Assembly (NCBI GenBank): GCA_038065355.1
Contig: JBBTRC010000010.1
Span: 157,844-221,843, forward strand
Length of the DNA: 64,000 nucleotides
Direction of reading: 5' to 3'
DNA from: Patescibacteria group bacterium
Lineage (GTDB): Bacteria > Patescibacteriota > Minisyncoccia > Phycocordibacterales > UBA918
How positions within the stretch are numbered: the stretch's first letter is position 1; each line of letters begins with the position of its first letter. Of this stretch, positions 55,269 to 64,000 are shown piece by piece. Made by a program: the position numbers and the translations under genes. A model generated the notes under the pieces. It did not search any database. It saw nothing but the letters and a program-made list of their open reading frames with translations, and had not been told where the DNA came from.

Positions 55269-56351
55269 TTAGTGCAGAATCGTCAAAAGCGGATCAAAAC
55301 GGAATAGTTTGTTTCTGCTCCTGTTTCCAATTTCGAATACATAACCTTTTTTTTCCAGGCTTCGAATCAGGTTTGTTGCGGTTAGGTAGCTCGCACATTT
55401 CGTGTGTTCCTGGACCATTTTGATAGTGAAGATGGGAGAGATGAATAGCATATCAATGAACGGAATAATATAGGGTGACTTTACACCATTGTAGGCTCGC
55501 CGAATGTCGTAGTATAGCTCGTAAATAGCTTCGATAATTTTTTGAGTCTCGTTAAGTTGCCCAGATACAGATTGTAGAAAGAATTTAAGCCACTCCTCAA
55601 TGTCGTTTCCTTCGTCGATCGCATGTAACTTATCAATGTACTCATCTCGATGGTCCTCAAAGTATCCACTTAAATAAAGTATAGGAGAAGACAGGCGTTG
55701 TTGTTTGTGTAACACGAGAGGAATAAGCAGTCGACCTATACGACCGTTACCATCGTCAAAGGGGTGTACAGCCTCAAACTGGTAATGAGTTATACCCGCT
55801 TTGAGGAGGGCGTTTTCTTTCCCGTTATTTATGTAATCGAAAAGATTATTTATCAAACCGCGCACGTGTATGGGTTCAGGTGGGATGTAAATCGCTTTTT
55901 CAATAGAGTCTCCAGCTCTTTCTGCAATCCATACTTGCCCCTCCCTAAATTTACCCAAGAGTCCTTTATGACGTACATCCTCAAGCAGAACGCTGTGTAG
56001 GCTCTCTATTAGGTGACTAGTAACATCTCTACTTTTTCCAATTTCTCTCATCGCGAGACTCATGGCACGACGATAATTCACTACCTCACGAATGTCCGCG
56101 TGCTTAGTTTGTTCACCAGCGTCAAACATGAAAACATCTGCAACGTCACTTTGTGTGCCTTCAATCTTTGAACTCATGACAGCTTCTTTTGCTGTAAGGG
56201 GAGATATCAAAAGGTCCGGATTCTGTAACTTCTTCTGAGATCCCTCAAGCAGTCCAAGAGCGTACTCAGCAGTTGAAAGTTCGTTAGCAAACTTGTTGTA
56301 GTCAAGAGTAAGACCTTCGGTGTCAAGAGGCTTTATTTGGGCCGGTTTTTT
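55269..56351 (-). CDS. Fic/DOC-family protein (AMPylation-type)
   Basis: Fic motif HPFDDGNGRIGR. The start is taken at MKKPAQIKPL. AT-rich. Confidence 0.85.
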   Translation of the reverse strand, partial: KKPAQIKPLDTEGLTLDYNKFANELSTAEYALGLLEGSQKKLQNPDLLISPLTAKEAVMSSKIEGTQSDVADVFMFDAGEQTKHADIREVVNYRRAMSLAMREIGKSRDVTSHLIESLHSVLLEDVRHKGLLGKFREGQVWIAERAGDSIEKAIYIPPEPIHVRGLINNLFDYINNGKENALLKAGITHYQFEAVHPFDDGNGRIGRLLIPLVLHKQQRLSSPILYLSGYFEDHRDEYIDKLHAIDEGNDIEEWLKFFLQSVSGQLNETQKIIEAIYELYYDIRRAYNGVKSPYIIPFIDMLFISPIFTIKMVQEHTKCASYLTATNLIRSLEKKGYVFEIGNRSRNKLFRFDPLLTILH

Positions 56352-56437
56352 CATAAGAATAAGTGTATTCCTTGTATATAAGAATGTCAAGTTTCTTATA
56401 TACAACTCAGTTTTAGTTATAACAGCTTATAGGTGAG

Positions 56438-56896
56438 CTAAAGCGTCTTCCATCCTAGCTCATATTTTCCCGCAGGGTTCATTTCTAATTCATCAAATAA
56501 GTAAAATTTCTGGACAACTATTTTGTACCAACGATGGCCGTCTTCCTCTGACTGTTCTTCCAGAATTGAAGCATCACTATTAAATCTTTGATTGTAAGTT
56601 TGAAACGCTACTTGATCTTTTGTCACGTTATGTAACATTTCAATTAAGCCTTCAAAATAGACGCCCCGTACTGATTCGTCTTTCTTGTGTTGTCTGACTA
56701 TATTTCCCGCAATTTGGTTGTTTTGGCTTACTTCAACACTGTGACGGCGATTGGGTCGTGACACAAAGTAGAAGTTTAATTCGTCATCGTAAGAATAGTG
56801 AACTTCCGAAATCCAGGGTTTATTTTCATGGGATGTCGCAATAGACATGTGAACTATGTCTTCTAAATAGTTACGAATTATTGCCTCAACTTTCAT
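56438..56896 (-). CDS. pyridoxamine-5'-phosphate-oxidase-like FMN-binding split-barrel protein
   Basis: 152 aa, weak family resemblance (MSIATSHENKPWISEVHYSYDD). Confidence 0.45.
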   Translation of the reverse strand: MKVEAIIRNYLEDIVHMSIATSHENKPWISEVHYSYDDELNFYFVSRPNRRHSVEVSQNNQIAGNIVRQHKKDESVRGVYFEGLIEMLHNVTKDQVAFQTYNQRFNSDASILEEQSEEDGHRWYKIVVQKFYLFDELEMNPAGKYELGWKTL

Positions 56897-56991
56897 TGAT
56901 AGAGTATAGCAAAATAAAAGTCAGTTTCGAACATTCTTCAGGCTCTCAAAAATACGCAAAAGGAGCGTCGTAGAATAAAACTTGTTAGTAG

Positions 56992-57072
56992 GGAGCAGTT
57001 TTCTTCGAGTCAAAATCGATTTGATTCAAATTGAGCGCGCGTCATTTTTTGAAGCCTGTCGATTTGTAGTAG
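56992..57072 (+). repeat. intergenic ~80 bp repeat, copy A
   Basis: Matches the consensus GGAGCAGTTTTCT..AG..AAAA...TTTGATTGAAATGGA.......GAATTTTTTGAAG....GTGGATTTGTGGTAG shared with copies B-E. Confidence 0.85.
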
Positions 57073-57097
57073 TCGGAATAAGTTATAATTGTGTCTT

Positions 57098-57973
57098 ATG
57101 GAAATGTGGTTTTGGCTTGCTCTGGCTTCTGCAGTGACTGGAGGAATAGGAGCATTTACACATAAAGTTGCAGCTGTTTGGAATGTAGATATTACTGTTC
57201 TAAATACCTACTCTTCTGTTATATCAGCCACTATTCTTTTTTGTTGCACTTGGTATTTCGCGGGATTCGATTCGTTTTGGACTCTCTCGACAGTTATCGC
57301 ATTTGTCGGTGCCACAACCTACCTATTTACTCTTATATTAAAGGTTGAGTCACTTCGAGAGATAGACTCGGCTATTTTTTTTCCATTGTATAAAGTGTCG
57401 GGTCCACTATTTGCGATTATTCTGGGAATTATCTTCTTTTCAGAATCCTTTTCTCGCACCGAATGGCTAGGACTTACCTTTAGTTTACTGGTTCCGTTGT
57501 TGTTGATTACCAGATCTGAAAACACACGTCAGAAAAATCTGTACCGGGGTATCTATATACTACTGGTCGCTTCGGTTGTTGGTTCAATTTCCATTGCCTT
57601 GTTTAAATATGGGACCGATATTACTCAGAATGTCTGGCTCTATCTCCTAGTAAGTGATTTATTCTTAGCCTTTTCATCCGTCCTTGTTTTGCTCAGAAAA
57701 TATAAGTCGGGCACGGTTTTGCATATGAAATCTGAAACGACACCTCGGTCATTAAAACTAGTCGGTGTGATGGGGCTGGCTCAGGCGAGTGGCGCAGCGA
57801 CAATAATTTTTGCTTTTTCAGTTGGTGGAACACTGGGGATTGTGTACACCATCAATTCGCTTTACATCCTTATTCCGATTGTCCTCTCAATCATTTTTTA
57901 CAACGAACATTGGAACCTAAGAAAAGCTGTAGCTATACTACTTTCGGTTATGGCATTAGCGTTGCTACAGTAA
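57098..57973 (+). CDS. DMT/EamA-like 10-TM transporter
   Basis: The start is taken at ATG 57098 (MEMWFWLALAS), 8 nt after a TATAAT. The ORF track uses the upstream TTG. Confidence 0.55.
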   Translation: MEMWFWLALASAVTGGIGAFTHKVAAVWNVDITVLNTYSSVISATILFCCTWYFAGFDSFWTLSTVIAFVGATTYLFTLILKVESLREIDSAIFFPLYKVSGPLFAIILGIIFFSESFSRTEWLGLTFSLLVPLLLITRSENTRQKNLYRGIYILLVASVVGSISIALFKYGTDITQNVWLYLLVSDLFLAFSSVLVLLRKYKSGTVLHMKSETTPRSLKLVGVMGLAQASGAATIIFAFSVGGTLGIVYTINSLYILIPIVLSIIFYNEHWNLRKAVAILLSVMALALLQ

Positions 57974-57984
57974 TTTTGCTCCGT

Positions 57985-58064
57985 GGAGCAGTTTTCTTCA
58001 AGTAAAAATTTCTTTAATTGAAATGGAATGTCCGAATTTTTTGAAAATTGCTGACTTGTAGTAA
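57985..58064 (+). repeat. intergenic ~80 bp repeat, copy B
   Basis: Same family and same orientation as copy A. Confidence 0.85.
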
Positions 58065-58127
58065 GTCTATCTTTTAACAAAGTTCATTTTGATGCCAAGC
58101 TTATTTCATTGGTGTATGATTGAAATA

Positions 58128-59273
58128 ATGAAAAACAAAATATTTATTGGTGGGGCACTGAGTGTCATGGTTATTGTCGCATTTGTTTTAGTTTCCAAAT
58201 CAAATCCTCATAGTGCAGGGTCACCTATCACCTACACGGAAGATGGCGACATCAGCGTGGTATCGAGCGACGGTCAAGCTACGCTCATTTTGCCACCAAC
58301 AGCGCTGCCAGAAGGAGTGCAACCAACAGATCTCGCGATCATACCTGTGAGTGCTAGTGAAGTATTTGGAACCGACGGCGATGCAGCCGAAGGCCTTGCC
58401 TACAAGCTGCTGCCCGATGGAGCAACGTTCAGCGAGCCGGTGGTGGTGAGCATCACGAGCGGTATCACTGGCGACGTGTTGCCGACGGTGTTGCACACGA
58501 GCGGCGAGTCGGTATCGTTCCTTACCCCGCAACTTGTGATCATTGATCCTGCCCAAAACACCCAAACGCTCGCGTTCGAGGTGTCGCACTTCAGCAAGGT
58601 CGGCGTAGACGCTAACCGCGGCCTCTTCCACTACCGTTTTACCGGCGGAGGGAGTGCTAAGGTAGGTGAAACTCTCCCGTACAAGATTGAGGTGTGGCCG
58701 GATTCCTACAACCACTTCTACGACACCAAAGGTGGTTACAAATGGACCAGAGACACCTACTCAGGAGAGGGGTTTTACTACCGCTTCGCTCCTGGCGGCT
58801 GGTACGATATCAAAGATTGGAGCTTGAACGATTGGCGCGGCATCCTCACGCCTCAAAAGGTAGATGTTACAGGCCGCCGGAATCTTAAGGAGAACGACGT
58901 CTATACGTACGAGATGACCTTAACCTGCGCTGCGCCGGGTACTACCAACCCAGTCACCTCGAACATTGGCGTGGCGTACCGCTCCGCTCGAAGTAGCTCA
59001 GGTAGGGATTGGGAGTACCAGACCGACTGGACGTATCTATTCGTGTACCCATCTGACTTCACCTGTACCAGCGAGGGTGATGAACTGCCAGTCATCGAGT
59101 ACCTGAGCGGGGCCGAGTCCGCCTCGACTCGAAGCATGATTGGCTTGACGAAATACGGTGACGTCACACTGCCAAACTGGCGGTTCTTTGAAGATGGGTA
59201 CGAAGATACTGGGGAGGGAATGACCGTGATTGATCCACCGCCGCTGATCATAAACACGCCGACTGTGCGCTAA
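58128..59273 (+). CDS. hypothetical secreted or membrane-anchored protein
   Basis: The start is taken at MKNKIFIGGALSVMVIVAFVLV. A ~380 aa domain with no family recognised. Confidence 0.5.
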   Translation: MKNKIFIGGALSVMVIVAFVLVSKSNPHSAGSPITYTEDGDISVVSSDGQATLILPPTALPEGVQPTDLAIIPVSASEVFGTDGDAAEGLAYKLLPDGATFSEPVVVSITSGITGDVLPTVLHTSGESVSFLTPQLVIIDPAQNTQTLAFEVSHFSKVGVDANRGLFHYRFTGGGSAKVGETLPYKIEVWPDSYNHFYDTKGGYKWTRDTYSGEGFYYRFAPGGWYDIKDWSLNDWRGILTPQKVDVTGRRNLKENDVYTYEMTLTCAAPGTTNPVTSNIGVAYRSARSSSGRDWEYQTDWTYLFVYPSDFTCTSEGDELPVIEYLSGAESASTRSMIGLTKYGDVTLPNWRFFEDGYEDTGEGMTVIDPPPLIINTPTVR

Positions 59274-59344
59274 GGTCGCGCCGGCGGCTCGTCGTCAGGA
59301 ACAAAAATCGCTCACGCAGTGAGCGAGGCGATTTTTGTACTCGT

Positions 59345-59424
59345 GGAGCAGTTTACTAGCGACAAAAACTAATTTGGTTGAAATGGAATACCAAAATTTC
59401 TTGAAGCTGATGAATCGGTAGTGG
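59345..59424 (+). repeat. intergenic ~80 bp repeat, copy C
   Basis: Same family and same orientation as copy A. Confidence 0.85.
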
Positions 59425-59466
59425 TGGGTGCTTTACACAAGTATATACTTTGTATATACTATACGC

Positions 59467-59706
59467 ATGAAAACTAAAATTCAAAAGTGGGGCAATAGTC
59501 TTGGGGTGAGACTGCCAAAAAGTATTGCTGAGCAGAAGTCTTTGAAAGCAGGCTTGGGTGTGTCAGTAGTACTTAGAAATAATCAAATTGTGATTGAGCC
59601 AGCAGAGGAAGAATTGTCACTTAACTCGCTCTTGTCTGCGGTTACGGCAGATAATATTCACAAAGAGACAGAGTGGTCAGACGCACGCGGAAACGAGGTA
59701 TGGTAA
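59467..59706 (+). CDS. mazE: MazE/AbrB-SpoVT-family antitoxin
   Basis: MKTKIQKWGNSLGVRLPK swapped-hairpin motif. Confidence 0.8.
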   Translation: MKTKIQKWGNSLGVRLPKSIAEQKSLKAGLGVSVVLRNNQIVIEPAEEELSLNSLLSAVTADNIHKETEWSDARGNEVW

Positions 59707-60044
59707 AAAAATCCTATATCCCAGACAGAGGTGATTTGGTCTGGGTCGATCTTAATCCTACCAAAGGTAGAGAACAAGCAAAGGTGCGACCTGCAATGGT
59801 GATATCTCCTAAAACCTACAATCAAAAAACTGGCCTAGCCATTATGTGTCCAATAACCTCTGTGTCTAAAAGATACCCTTTTGAGGTTATGGTAAATGAC
59901 AAGAAGGTCTCTGGTGTTGTTTTGTCTGATCACGTCCGGTCTCTTGACTGGAAAGCGCGAAACGTAAAATATATCACTAAGGCGAAAGTCGGTATTGTTG
60001 TTGAAGTTCAAACAAAACTCGGACTGCTCATTTGCAATAAATAA
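59700..60044 (+). CDS. mazF: MazF/PemK-family toxin endoribonuclease
   Basis: MVKKSYIPDRGDLVWVDLNPTKGREQ...RPAMVISP. The start overlaps the mazE stop as ATGGTAA. Confidence 0.85.
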   Translation: MVKKSYIPDRGDLVWVDLNPTKGREQAKVRPAMVISPKTYNQKTGLAIMCPITSVSKRYPFEVMVNDKKVSGVVLSDHVRSLDWKARNVKYITKAKVGIVVEVQTKLGLLICNK

Positions 60045-60099
60045 AGAAGTTCACTCGAGGGAATGGACTCTCATGTTGTTCTATATTCTTCTACATTAT

Positions 60100-60177
60100 G
60101 GAGCAGTTTTCTCTGAGCTGAAACCAGTTTGATTGAAGTAGAGTGCACGAATTTTTTAAAGTAGTGGATTTGTGGTG
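60100..60177 (+). repeat. intergenic ~80 bp repeat, copy D
   Basis: Same family and same orientation as copy A. Confidence 0.85.
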
Positions 60178-60238
60178 AAAAGAAAACACCCCGCCGCCAA
60201 TATCGGAAGCGGGATGCTTCAGTGGCGTGGGGTGGTGA

Positions 60239-60808
60239 CTACTGTCGTGCTTTCGTTAGAGCGGCGCTGACAACTTCAGGCATCGTCTCATAGAACGTGA
60301 AAGGCTCCTTGGAGGCGGCACTGAACTCAAAGAGAATCACATCAAGTCCGTGGAATGCTCTGTCTCCACCCACCACCACTCTGGTCTGTGTCATCTCGGT
60401 GTAAGCAGTGAACTTTCCGATCTCACGTCGCGTATCCATGGCGTAAGGTTCTGGTCCAGGATGAGGACTCTGTTCACTTTCGGGTCCGAGCCAAAAAATC
60501 ACACAGCCCGGCGTGTCGCGTTCGCGGCCGGCCTGATGCAGGTAATGACGCTCCCATTCCAGCTGCCGATTGTCGGCTTTCGAGAAAGGCTGATAAAAGT
60601 GACGCGCCAGCCTGTGGCTGTCGGTCCACCGAGACGGGCAGGTGATTAGAGCCTTCGGCTCTTGGTCGATGATTGTCTCGGCCATGCTTGCCTGCCAGTC
60701 ACCACCACCTCTAATTGGTCCCGCCAGAAACAGGAGTGGTGAACTGTGTGTCGGTGTCAACTGAACGATTTTCTTCGGTACGTAGATGGTCACGGAGTCT
60801 CCTCTCAA
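60239..60808 (-). CDS. nucleoside 2-deoxyribosyltransferase-like Rossmann protein
   Basis: 189 aa with an LFLAGPIRGGGDWQ N-terminal motif; weak. Confidence 0.4.
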   Translation of the reverse strand: MRGDSVTIYVPKKIVQLTPTHSSPLLFLAGPIRGGGDWQASMAETIIDQEPKALITCPSRWTDSHRLARHFYQPFSKADNRQLEWERHYLHQAGRERDTPGCVIFWLGPESEQSPHPGPEPYAMDTRREIGKFTAYTEMTQTRVVVGGDRAFHGLDVILFEFSAASKEPFTFYETMPEVVSAALTKARQ

Positions 60809-60898
60809 AGTTGAAGAACGAATTTACAAAACAATACAATAGAAGTATTGTTTTGTAAATAGAGGTTTTAACATCTCGCCTTCGTTTCAGAAACACGC

Positions 60899-60931
60899 AA
60901 AACGAGCCTTATATGATAAGGCTCGTTTTGC
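60899..60931. terminator. bidirectional terminator
   Basis: aaaacgagcctta tatga taaggctcgttttg. Confidence 0.7.
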
Positions 60932-60945
60932 TTCAGTTTTTGGTC

Positions 60946-61024
60946 GATCAGTTTGATCCAGGTAAAAACCTCTTTGATTGAAATGGAGGCTGTGAATTTT
61001 TTGAAGATCGTGGATTTGTGGTAG
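60946..61024 (+). repeat. intergenic ~80 bp repeat, copy E (5' end more diverged)
   Basis: Same family and same orientation. It ends exactly at the ASCH stop codon. Confidence 0.8.
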
Positions 61025-61354
61025 TTATCCTCGAGTGAAGTCGAACTGGATTATTTTCAATTCAGTGTCGGGGCTAACTCTGTCACCATAATACTGTTTA
61101 TATATGATATACATCTCCTCGTCAGAACTGAATCGTTCATGACCTTCCCAGTCACTGTCATCAAGTGTACCGAGAGTTTTTGTATACAAAGTAATGACTT
61201 TTGCAGTACCAAACTGTTCTAGAGTCTCTTTGTTAAGGAAGACAAGTTCGTCTCCCGTCTGTAAGTCTTTGTCATCAAATAGTCGCCAAGTCGATGTCTT
61301 CGTACCTTCAAGTATTTGTGTACATAGTTCAGGAGCGAATTTTAATGTTTTCAT
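61025..61354 (-). CDS. ASCH-domain protein
   Basis: The start is taken at MKTLKFAPELCTQILEGTKTSTWR, an ASCH N-terminal signature. Confidence 0.7.
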   Translation of the reverse strand: MKTLKFAPELCTQILEGTKTSTWRLFDDKDLQTGDELVFLNKETLEQFGTAKVITLYTKTLGTLDDSDWEGHERFSSDEEMYIIYKQYYGDRVSPDTELKIIQFDFTRG

Positions 61355-61434
61355 GTGTCTGAGTATACCAAAAACATAAAAGCTTACCCTCACGAGTAAA
61401 CTTTCATGTTGTTCCATAGACTTCTATCTTTATG

Positions 61435-61827
61435 TGGAGATGGCGGGAATTGAACCCGCGTCCGAGTCAGGGTGCGATTATGAGTCTACAGTGCGTAGTT
61501 GATCCTTTAGTTTAAAGGTGGTGGCTAGAGGAAAAACAAAACACCACTACCTCGAGTTGTTACAAGCTCGGAAAACCTACGACAACGGCAGAGGTTTCCA
61601 CAGTCTCATGGCTATTCTACGAGACACACCGTACGAGACCCTTGGTGTGTTCGCATCGCTCCGGCGGCGTAAAATTTACGCGAATGCGGGAGCGAATCCA
61701 AACGCGCGAGCGTAAGGACTTGGTACTGCTTTGTTTGCAGATACAGGTGGAACCTTTTAACGAATTGGTTGCCATTTTCGACACTGCACACAACCGACAC
61801 GACTAACCGTCGATGCCTAGCATCCCC
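61435..61827 (-). ncRNA. ssrA: tmRNA (transfer-messenger RNA)
   Basis: The minus strand begins with the 5' end GGGGAUGCUAGGCAUCGACGG (conserved UCGACGG). The 3' tRNA-like end is GGACGCGGGUUCAAUUCCCGCCAUCUCCA: a T-arm GCGGG/UUCAAUU/CCCGC and an acceptor 3' strand CAUCUCC pairing with the 5' GGGGAUG, including G3:U70. CCA is not encoded. The internal reading frame GCA AAC AAA ... GCG UAA gives the tag ANKAVPSPYARAFGFAPAFA. Confidence 0.85.
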
Positions 61828-61921
61828 CGCAATTTTTTGAAAGGCTTTTCAAAAAATTGCGGGGAAGTTCGTGTGATTTGTAAAAGAGCAAGAGCGGTAA
61901 GGTGCACGAAGTGAGTGCACC

Positions 61922-62146
61922 TTACCGATTCTTGAAAGGATCAAAAGTATCTACTGCCCGAATGAGTTCCGGCCGGCCGTTTTTGTACATGAACACGCGC
62001 CGTTTCGACGCGGCCGGAGAAACATTCACCGGGCCAGTGCTTTCAAACGGAAATGTCGGCACGGGCAGGGACGAAAACCTCTTCTTGTTGTCCTCGTCGC
62101 AGCCCGGGCAGTGACAAAATTCGTCGCACTCACCGTACTCAGCCAT
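61922..62146 (-). CDS. small Cys-rich (Zn-ribbon-like) protein between ssrA and smpB
   Basis: The start is taken at MAEYGECDEFCHCPGCDED (C-x3-C-x-C-x2-C), ~74 aa. Confidence 0.4.
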   Translation of the reverse strand: MAEYGECDEFCHCPGCDEDNKKRFSSLPVPTFPFESTGPVNVSPAASKRRVFMYKNGRPELIRAVDTFDPFKNR

Positions 62147-62198
62147 ACGTACCTCTCTGCTACTCCACACTATATAACAACTTCAACCTCGTGTAAAG

Positions 62199-62651
62199 TT
62201 ACGCGGAATCAGATTTCAATAGTCTATTGGTGTCACGCTGGCTATCTCGTTTCTTAATGGTCTCTCGTTTATCGTATTTTTTCTTGCCTCGCACAAGCGC
62301 AATTTCAAGCTTAAGGGTGCGCTTGTCGGCATAGAGTTTCAGTGGAATGACGGTGAGGCCGGCCGTTTCCGTTTCTCGCTCGAGCTGTGTGATCTCTTTT
62401 TGGTTCAAAAGGAGTTTGCGCGGCCGCTCCGGATCGTAGCCTTTCTCCGTGTTGCCGGCTTGGTAGGGAGCAATGTGCATATTTGCCACAAATGCTTCTT
62501 TTCCGCGTACTATCACGTAGGCACCCTCTAGTCGCGCTTTGCCGGCACGGACGGCCTTTACTTCAAAGCCGCGCAACACCAAACCCGCCTCGATGGTATC
62601 GATGATGTCGTAGTCAAAATGGGCTTTACGGTGGGTGCTGTATGTCGGCAT
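62199..62651 (-). CDS. smpB: SsrA-binding protein
   Basis: 150 aa SmpB family (FDYDIIDTIEAGLVLRGFEVKA) with a C-terminal basic tail. Confidence 0.93.
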   Translation of the reverse strand: MPTYSTHRKAHFDYDIIDTIEAGLVLRGFEVKAVRAGKARLEGAYVIVRGKEAFVANMHIAPYQAGNTEKGYDPERPRKLLLNQKEITQLERETETAGLTVIPLKLYADKRTLKLEIALVRGKKKYDKRETIKKRDSQRDTNRLLKSDSA

Positions 62652-62716
62652 AACGATACAAAGTACTATAGCAAATTACTCGCCAAATCAAGCTATTTCT
62701 GTATAATGCCCTCTGT

Positions 62717-64000
62717 ATGGATACATTAAAAGAGACTGAAAATAAGGAAGAAAAAACCACCGTCCCGCCGCCAGAAACGCCTGAACCGGAGCCTCACAAA
62801 CCAACACCAAACCCTGATTCAAAAAGGAAAACCAACAATTCTGTGAAGTTGCCCCGCGGCCTAAAGGACATGCGCAAAAAAGTGCCGAAGGTTCCGCTCG
62901 GTCCCGGCAATTTTTGGAACAACATGCTGTCGACGGTTTTGCTTCTCATTTTTATCACAGCTGTTTTTTCCTACCTCACTGATTCCAACGTAAAACCTGA
63001 AGAACTCACCATTACCGACGTTGTCGGTCAGGTAAAAGCCGGCGAGATTGAATCGATCATCGTTCGCGGGGCGGTGCTTGAGATCAGTTATAAAGATACC
63101 ACCCGCACTTCTGGCGAAGCCAAACGCGAAGTCGATGCATCGGTGACCGAATCGCTCACCAATCTTGGGGTGACTCCGGAAGAATTGGCGGGAGTCAAAA
63201 TATCAGTTGAACAGGAGACTGGCTTCTTCTACTGGTTTGCCCAGTTTGCGCCGTTTCTGTTTCCGCTTGTGTTCCTCGGCGTGATTATTTGGTTCTTCAC
63301 ACGCTCTGTGAAGGGAGCGGGTATGCAGGCACTCAACTTTGGTTCTTCAAAGGCGCGCATGATCGACCCGAATGACACGAATCAGAAAGTGACTTTCAAG
63401 GACGTGGCCGGCGCTAAGGAAGCCAAGCAAGAACTCGAAGAGATTGTGGACTTCCTCAAGAATCCAAAAAAATTCCTTGATATTGGCGCTGAAATTCCAA
63501 AAGGCGTCATGATGATGGGTGCGCCCGGTACCGGCAAGACCTTGCTCGCTCGGGCAGTCGCGGGCGAGGCCGGTGTACCATTTTTCTCAATTTCCGGCTC
63601 TGAATTCGTCGAGATGTTTGTGGGCGTCGGTGCCTCGCGGGTACGAGATTTATTTTCAATGGCCAAGAAAGCGGCACCGTCTATTATCTTTGTTGACGAA
63701 ATAGACGCTGTCGGACGGGTGCGTGGCACTGGCGTTGGCGGCGGCAACGACGAACGAGAACAAACGCTCAACCAGATCCTCGTTGAGATGGACGGCTTTG
63801 AGCCAAATGCGAAGGTGATCGTGATGGCGGCCACCAACCGCCCCGACGTGCTTGACCCGGCGCTCTTGCGTCCTGGGCGCTTCGACCGTCGTGTGACGAT
63901 TGACTTGCCTGACCGGAAAGATCGAGAAGAAATCCTTAAGGTGCACGCCCGCAAGAAGCCACTCCAAGAAGACGTCAGTTTTGATATTGTGGCCCAGCGC
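62717..64000 (+). CDS. ftsH: ATP-dependent zinc metalloprotease FtsH (5' partial; continues past the window end)
   Basis: The ORF is open from ATG 62717 to the window end. It has an N-terminal TM and periplasmic region, then the AAA module ([55 protein letters not shown]). It is absent from the ORF track because no stop lies in the window. TATAAT lies 9 nt upstream of the ATG. Confidence 0.92.
   Translation, partial: MDTLKETENKEEKTTVPPPETPEPEPHKPTPNPDSKRKTNNSVKLPRGLKDMRKKVPKVPLGPGNFWNNMLSTVLLLIFITAVFSYLTDSNVKPEELTITDVVGQVKAGEIESIIVRGAVLEISYKDTTRTSGEAKREVDASVTESLTNLGVTPEELAGVKISVEQETGFFYWFAQFAPFLFPLVFLGVIIWFFTRSVKGAGMQALNFGSSKARMIDPNDTNQKVTFKDVAGAKEAKQELEEIVDFLKNPKKFLDIGAEIPKGVMMMGAPGTGKTLLARAVAGEAGVPFFSISGSEFVEMFVGVGASRVRDLFSMAKKAAPSIIFVDEIDAVGRVRGTGVGGGNDEREQTLNQILVEMDGFEPNAKVIVMAATNRPDVLDPALLRPGRFDRRVTIDLPDRKDREEILKVHARKKPLQEDVSFDIVAQR

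Noticed and set aside
56992-61024. Classical integron attC sites.
   Set aside because: The repeats lack the R''/R' core sites (RYYYAAC ... GTTRRRY) at their ends, the genes are in mixed orientation, and no intI is present. They are kept as an unclassified cassette-like repeat family rather than called attC.
63382-63954. 190 aa and 103 aa minus-strand ORFs at the right end of the window.
   Set aside because: They lie antisense within the open ftsH reading frame, which has unmistakable AAA/FtsH motifs. The real gene is on the + strand and runs off the window.
1-64000. CRISPR arrays or cas genes.
   Set aside because: No regularly spaced short direct repeats were seen anywhere in the window. 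The only repeat family has ~80 bp units separated by whole genes.

Overview
This 64 kb window comes from a compact bacterial genome, probably a Patescibacteria/CPR-like organism. The evidence for that lineage is: no rpmD (L30) between rpsE and rplO, S14 of the short Zn-ribbon type Z, a phosphoketolase/acetate-kinase pair, very few Shine-Dalgarno sequences, and many hypothetical secreted or membrane proteins. The window is mostly the ribosomal super-operon, but broken up by non-ribosomal inserts. The order is: fusA, hypothetical, tuf, rpsJ | a 0.7 kb structured gap | rplC-rplD-rplW-rplB | a hyper-acidic secreted protein, a small protein and a pentapeptide-repeat protein | rpsS-rplV-rpsC-rplP-rpmC-rpsQ-rplN-rplX-rplE | a 9 kb block of seven minus-strand genes (coiled-coil protein, AAA+ ATPase, membrane proteins) | rpsZ-rpsH-rplF-rplR-rpsE-rplO-secY | an AT-rich insert (VUT/YhhQ transporter, wHTH protein, CMP-kinase-like) | adk-like, adk, map, ndk. 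Downstream are a candidate structured ncRNA region, an MBL/beta-CASP ribonuclease, infC-rpmI-rplT, a TerC-like protein, a bacterial SET-domain protein, xfp-ackA, a histidine kinase with receiver-only response regulators, and DoxX. An AT-rich accessory island (Fic, PNPOx-like, EamA, secreted protein, mazEF, NDT-like, ASCH) is punctuated by five copies of an ~80 bp intergenic repeat and abuts the 3' end of ssrA (tmRNA). After ssrA come a small Zn-ribbon ORF, smpB and the 5' part of ftsH. A recurring motif is a -10-like hexamer 5-9 nt upstream of the start codon with no Shine-Dalgarno sequence, which suggests widespread leaderless mRNAs. The strongest candidates for a previously undescribed system are (1) the minus-strand AAA+/coiled-coil/membrane module inside the ribosomal operon and (2) the repeat-delimited cassette-like island next to ssrA.
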